64,000 bases of DNA from Mustelus asterias (Eukaryota), in NCBI RefSeq assembly GCF_964213995.1, contig NW_027590123.1, positions 1,984,001 to 2,048,000 on the forward strand, read 5' to 3'. Made by a program: the position numbers and the translations under genes. Below are positions 59,815 through 64,000 of this stretch, in pieces (within the stretch, counting starts at the first letter, position 1; the number at the start of each line of letters is the position of its first letter). Under the pieces are notes generated by a model. That model worked only from the letters and a program-made list of their open reading frames with translations, had not been told where the DNA came from and did no database searches.

Positions 59815-60110
59815 TCAAGGGAGGCAGGGGTATTGTCAATAGACTTGTAATCCAGAGACCTCGGACAATACTCTAATTGCAGAGACACAGATTCGAATCT
59901 CACTACTGCAAATGGCGAAATTTGAATTTGATAAATGTCAAATGATCATCATGAAGCCATTGTTGTAAAAGTCCACCTGGTTCACGAATGCCGTTTAGAA
60001 AAGTAAATCTGCTGTCTTTATCTGGCCTGGCATGCATGTGACTCCAAATCCACAGCAATGTGTTTGACACTTTTAAGTGCCCTCAGGAATGGGAAATAAA
60101 TGCACATCTC
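59815..60110 (+). mobile_element. DeuSINE-like SINE
   Basis: Similar to the reverse complement of 4120-4488. Confidence 0.55.
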
Positions 60111-60289
60111 ATGAAGGAATAACAAAAATTGCTGTTGTGATGAAATTCTGAATGGGGCACTGTCCTAATGCAGCAAACCACATGACAATAACTTAGAAGT
60201 TGTTCCATGCTTTGTACTAATTTGAATAGATCCCTTATTCCGAATAACATCGGAATGATTTATTTTTTTCTTCGGTTTGAGTCTCTTAC

Positions 60290-60631
60290 CCAGAGATCCG
60301 CTGATGTTCTGACTCTGGGTGAATCCTTGATGAGTGACCTGGCAGGTATAGACCGCTTTGCTGAACCACTCCCGAGCTGAGACTGTCAGCTAACTGCGAG
60401 CCGAGAACATAGAACATAGAACATAGAAAGCCACAGCACAGAAGTTCCCATTCACTTGACAGGCGGGAGAGGTGACAATTCCAGATTCCATGGGTTGTCC
60501 ATTCTTCAGCCACTTCACCGTCATTGACTTTGGCTGGAAATCGATGATTGAACAGACGATGTTTGCAAATTTCCTGCTTGTGATTTCGTCACTGGAACTC
60601 ACGGTGAGGATAACGGTTGGGGAGATGTCGC
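60290..60631 (-). pseudogene. IgM heavy chain CH2 exon with 36-bp insertion and in-frame stop
   Basis: [29 protein letters not shown]...[16 protein letters not shown]...[17 protein letters not shown]; TAG at 60390-60392. Confidence 0.9.
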
Positions 60632-60739
60632 CTTCAACAAACAGACGTTTAGACGTTACTTGAAGATTCAAGTGACAACAATTAAAATTAATTCTTTTAT
60701 TTTGGCACCAGAGCGGCCGATTTGAGAATTCTATCCATG

Positions 60740-61470
60740 GTTTGGTTGAATTTGTAGGGAAATGGCGAATGGAATTCAACCGTCAAAAGTGCCACGCAAT
60801 GCATTTGGGGAGGGCAAACAAGGCAAGGGAATAGTCAATAAAATGGAAGATTGAGAGGGATTGAGGAAATGCAAGATCATGGAGTGCATCTCCACATGTC
60901 CTTGTAGATGGTAGGGCAGCTGGACAAGTTGATCAAGAAAGCATATGGGATTAGTTCCTCTATTATGTGAGGTATTGAATACAAAAACAATGATGTAATG
61001 ATGGAGCTGTATAAAACGCTAGTTAGGCCACGTTTGGCGTTTGCTGGACAGTTCTGGTCACCACGTTGCAGGAATGACGTAATGACTCTGGAGAGAGACG
61101 AGGTTTACAAGAATATTGCCAGGGCCTGAACATAGCAACCATGAGGCGAGATTGGATAGGCAGGGGCTATTCTCCTTAGAAAAAGGAGGCTGGGGCGTGA
61201 CTCAATTGTGGTTCACAAAATTATAAAAGACAGAGGCAGAAATAATTCATTCCCCAAGTGGAGGGCTCAAATACCAGGGAGCATGGTCATTTAAAAGGCA
61301 TCTGGGTCTGCATCTCAATTGCTTTAACCTGCAAGGCTCCGGCGCAAGGGCTGGAGAATGGGCTTAAAATGCGTGGATGGTTTATTTGCTCTCCCTTTTG
61401 TCCAGCACAACATGATGGGCTAAGTGGCCTCATTTTGCACAGTAACATTCCTGTTGTTCTTTGATTCTGA
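60740..61470 (+). mobile_element. Degraded CR1 LINE 3' fragment
   Basis: W.MEFN, LYKTLVRP, QFWSP remnants. Confidence 0.7.
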
Positions 61471-61608
61471 GCAACTTAACGGTCAATAGACCCTTTTCTG
61501 GATTTTGCATAATTCAATTTGTTCAGAGTGCGACCAATCAGTTATAACAAAGGTCTTGTACAGTTCAATCAGAGCGTCCCAGTCTTGCCCGGGTTCCACA
61601 ACACTTAC

Positions 61609-61908
61609 ATTGCATTCCAACGCTCTTGACTGAGCCTCTGTGTCGAACCTCACACTTAATTTTGGGGCAATCTCCCTCTGAGTCGGTGACGGTTAACTCG
61701 CTGCTCAGGGTACAGGTTCGCTTCGCGTTTCTCACTGACGGGTAAGTCTTAAATCCAGTGGTAATCGGCTGCCCATTTTTCTTCCAGATCAGTTTAGAGA
61801 CATCTGGAGAGTAGTCCATCGCCAAACAGCCATAGGTGACAGAACCGTCGGTGTTGTGTTGCTGACAGGAGGAGACCAGGCTGTAGAGAGTGGGCGGAGA
61901 CGGTGTCA
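61609..61908 (-). pseudogene. IgM heavy chain CH1 exon (frame intact)
   Basis: [14 protein letters not shown]...[28 protein letters not shown]; tttcccag acceptor, gtaagt donor, 300 nt. Confidence 0.92.
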
Positions 61909-62749
61909 CTGGGAAAAAAAATAGCCGAATGAAAAACTTAGACTTCGATTTGTGTTTATTAATGAATCAAACATGTTTATACAAATATATTTTTCTATCA
62001 GATATAGTGCTTGGGGCTAAAGGGATCAAGGGATATGGGTAGTACGTGCGGTCAGGATATTGATGAGCCATGATCAAAGTGAATGGCGGAGCAGGCTCAA
62101 AGGGCCGAATAGCCTACTCCTGCTTCTATTTTCTATGTTTCTACATCACGATTTGACTAGAATTATGAACTTATCACAATATTTCCCGGTTAAAACCGAT
62201 ATCCATCTTTGAGATTCTGTTCCTTCTATCATTTGGGAATCGTCATCTCTGCATAACATCCCTGTCTCCACCTCTATCAGATTAGAAAGAAAAAACATTC
62301 TGATGCGATCGAAATTACATACCATTGCTTGGTATAAAATAAAAGAGCAACCATTTTCTCCATTATTGCAGCCACTATTTATTTCTCAAACAACAGCTCT
62401 TTGTGATGAAGAAGTTGCCTCTTCATTCATATCATCCACTCACCCGCAGCGCTCCGAAATCTCGCGATTCCAAATAAACCTGGATAGTGACTTTGCTTCA
62501 AAAATACCTCCGGAATGAATACTTACAGAATGACGAGGAAAGTCTAAATGTGATTACCAATTCAAATAATTGCAACATTGACTCTTGGAGGATCATGCAT
62601 TAATAGCAGGAGATGGCCAGTCGGGCCCTAAATTCTTTTCCATCATGTAATTAGATTATGGTTGAGCTGATTGTGGTCATAGCTCAATATTCCACTTCCC
62701 AGCGATAACCCACTCTCTGCCCCAATCCCCCGGCTCTCTGACCTTCTCT

Positions 62750-63370
62750 GTGGCACTTTTCCCCTTTCACCCTTCTCTCTGCACTCCCCCCCCCCCCCCA
62801 GATCTCCGCCCTCTCCCCCGGCTCTGTGCCCTCTGTCCCAGCTCCCTACCCACTTCCCGAGCTCTTCGCCCTTTCCCCCGGTTCACTAACCTTTCCCCGG
62901 GCTCTTTGTCTTTTCTCCCAGCTCTCTGCCCTCTGCCCCGGCTCTCTACCCTTTCCCCCAGCAGTTTACCCTTTCCCGGGCACTTTGCCCTTTCCCCTGG
63001 CTCACCGCACTTCCCCGCAGCTCTCTGCACTTTTCCCTGGCTCTCTACCCTTTCCCTCAGCTGTCTACCCTTTCCCGGGCTCTTTGCCATTCCTCCTGGC
63101 TCTCTGCACCTTCCCCCGGCTCTCTGCTCTCTGTCCTCACTCTCTGCCCTTTTCCCTGACTCTCTGCTCTGTTCCCAGTCTCTCTGCCCTTTCTGCTGTC
63201 TCTCTGCTCTTTTGCCCGCTTCTGCTCTTTCCGCCGCCTTTCTTCCCTTTCCCACATCTTTCTGCCCTTTCACATGCATCCTGTCCGCCCCCTGCCTCTT
63301 TGCCATTTTCCCTGGCCCCGAGCCCCAGCGATTTCCTCTAGCTCTCTGCACTCCCAGGGCAGCTCCCACA
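62750..63370. repeat. Degenerate ~20-bp CT-rich tandem repeat (gctctctgccctttccccg-like)
   Basis: Recurrent gctctctgccct and ccctttcccc units. Confidence 0.8.
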
Positions 63371-63429
63371 TTTGAACACCAAGTATCACTTCAGTTCTCT
63401 CTGCTCTCTCGTTGCAGTCATACTCACAC

Positions 63430-64000
63430 TGAATTAGTGAGTGTGAGTGAGAGAATATGAGTGCATGAGGGTGAGTGACTGAATGAATGTGAGTGGATCA
63501 GTGATGGAAGGTGGATAAGTGAGAGTGAGTGAGTGAGGCTCTTTGAGTGAGGATGAGTGATTGAGGGTGAGTGAGTAACTAAGGATGAGGGTGAGAGGGA
63601 GTAAGTAAATGAGGGTGTGTGAGAGAGACTGTGTGAGTGAAGGTGGCTGAATGGGTGAGTGAGGACGTGTGAGTGAGGGTGTGTGAGTGAAGGTGGGTGA
63701 GTGAGGTTATGTTAGTGGTGGTGAGTGTATGAATGAGTGTGAGGGTTAGGGAGGGTGGGTGAATGAAGGAGAGTGAGTGAAGGTGTTTGAGTGAGGCTGA
63801 GTGATTGTGGGTAAGGGTGAGTGAGAGTGGGTGAGTGAGTCTGGGTAAGTGGGTGTAAGTGAGAAAAGGTGAGTATGAGGATTGGTGCGTGATTGAGGCT
63901 GTGAGTGTGTGAGTGAGGGTGGGAGAGTGAGGGCGAGTGAATGTGAGTGAACAGGTGAGGGGGAGTGAGTCAGGGTGTGTGATGGAGGGTAACAGAGTCA
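63430..64000. repeat. (GTGA)n-like low-complexity tract
   Basis: gagtgagtga and gggtgagtg repeats. Confidence 0.85.

Overview
Repeat-rich vertebrate genomic DNA from a cartilaginous fish, inferred from shark-type IgM constant exons, HE1/V-SINE and DeuSINE-like SINEs and a GPR139-like receptor. From left to right: the 3' end of a Penelope-like element (PLE) with a minimal hammerhead ribozyme; CR1 LINE debris; a 9-finger C2H2 zinc-finger gene with a quasi-palindromic CCAAT/ETS/GC-box promoter; and a 15-kb, very young, GC/CpG-rich cluster of three Tx1-clade retrotransposon copies (two head-to-tail on the minus strand, one inverted 3' fragment). These are followed by an intact two-exon GPR139-like GPCR, a decaying tandem tRNA array (3 intact-looking tRNAs and more than 10 pseudogenes), a near full-length CR1 LINE with a nested insertion, and an IgM heavy-chain constant-region pseudogene (CH1-CH4) with a G-rich repeat in its J-C intron. 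The best candidate for something new is the Tx1 cluster. Both junctions of the full-length copy fall at the same nucleotide of a 23-bp motif that also bounds the ZNF-gene promoter, which suggests a Tx1 family that targets, and may be transcribed from, zinc-finger gene promoters. All calls were made by eye; no searches were run.
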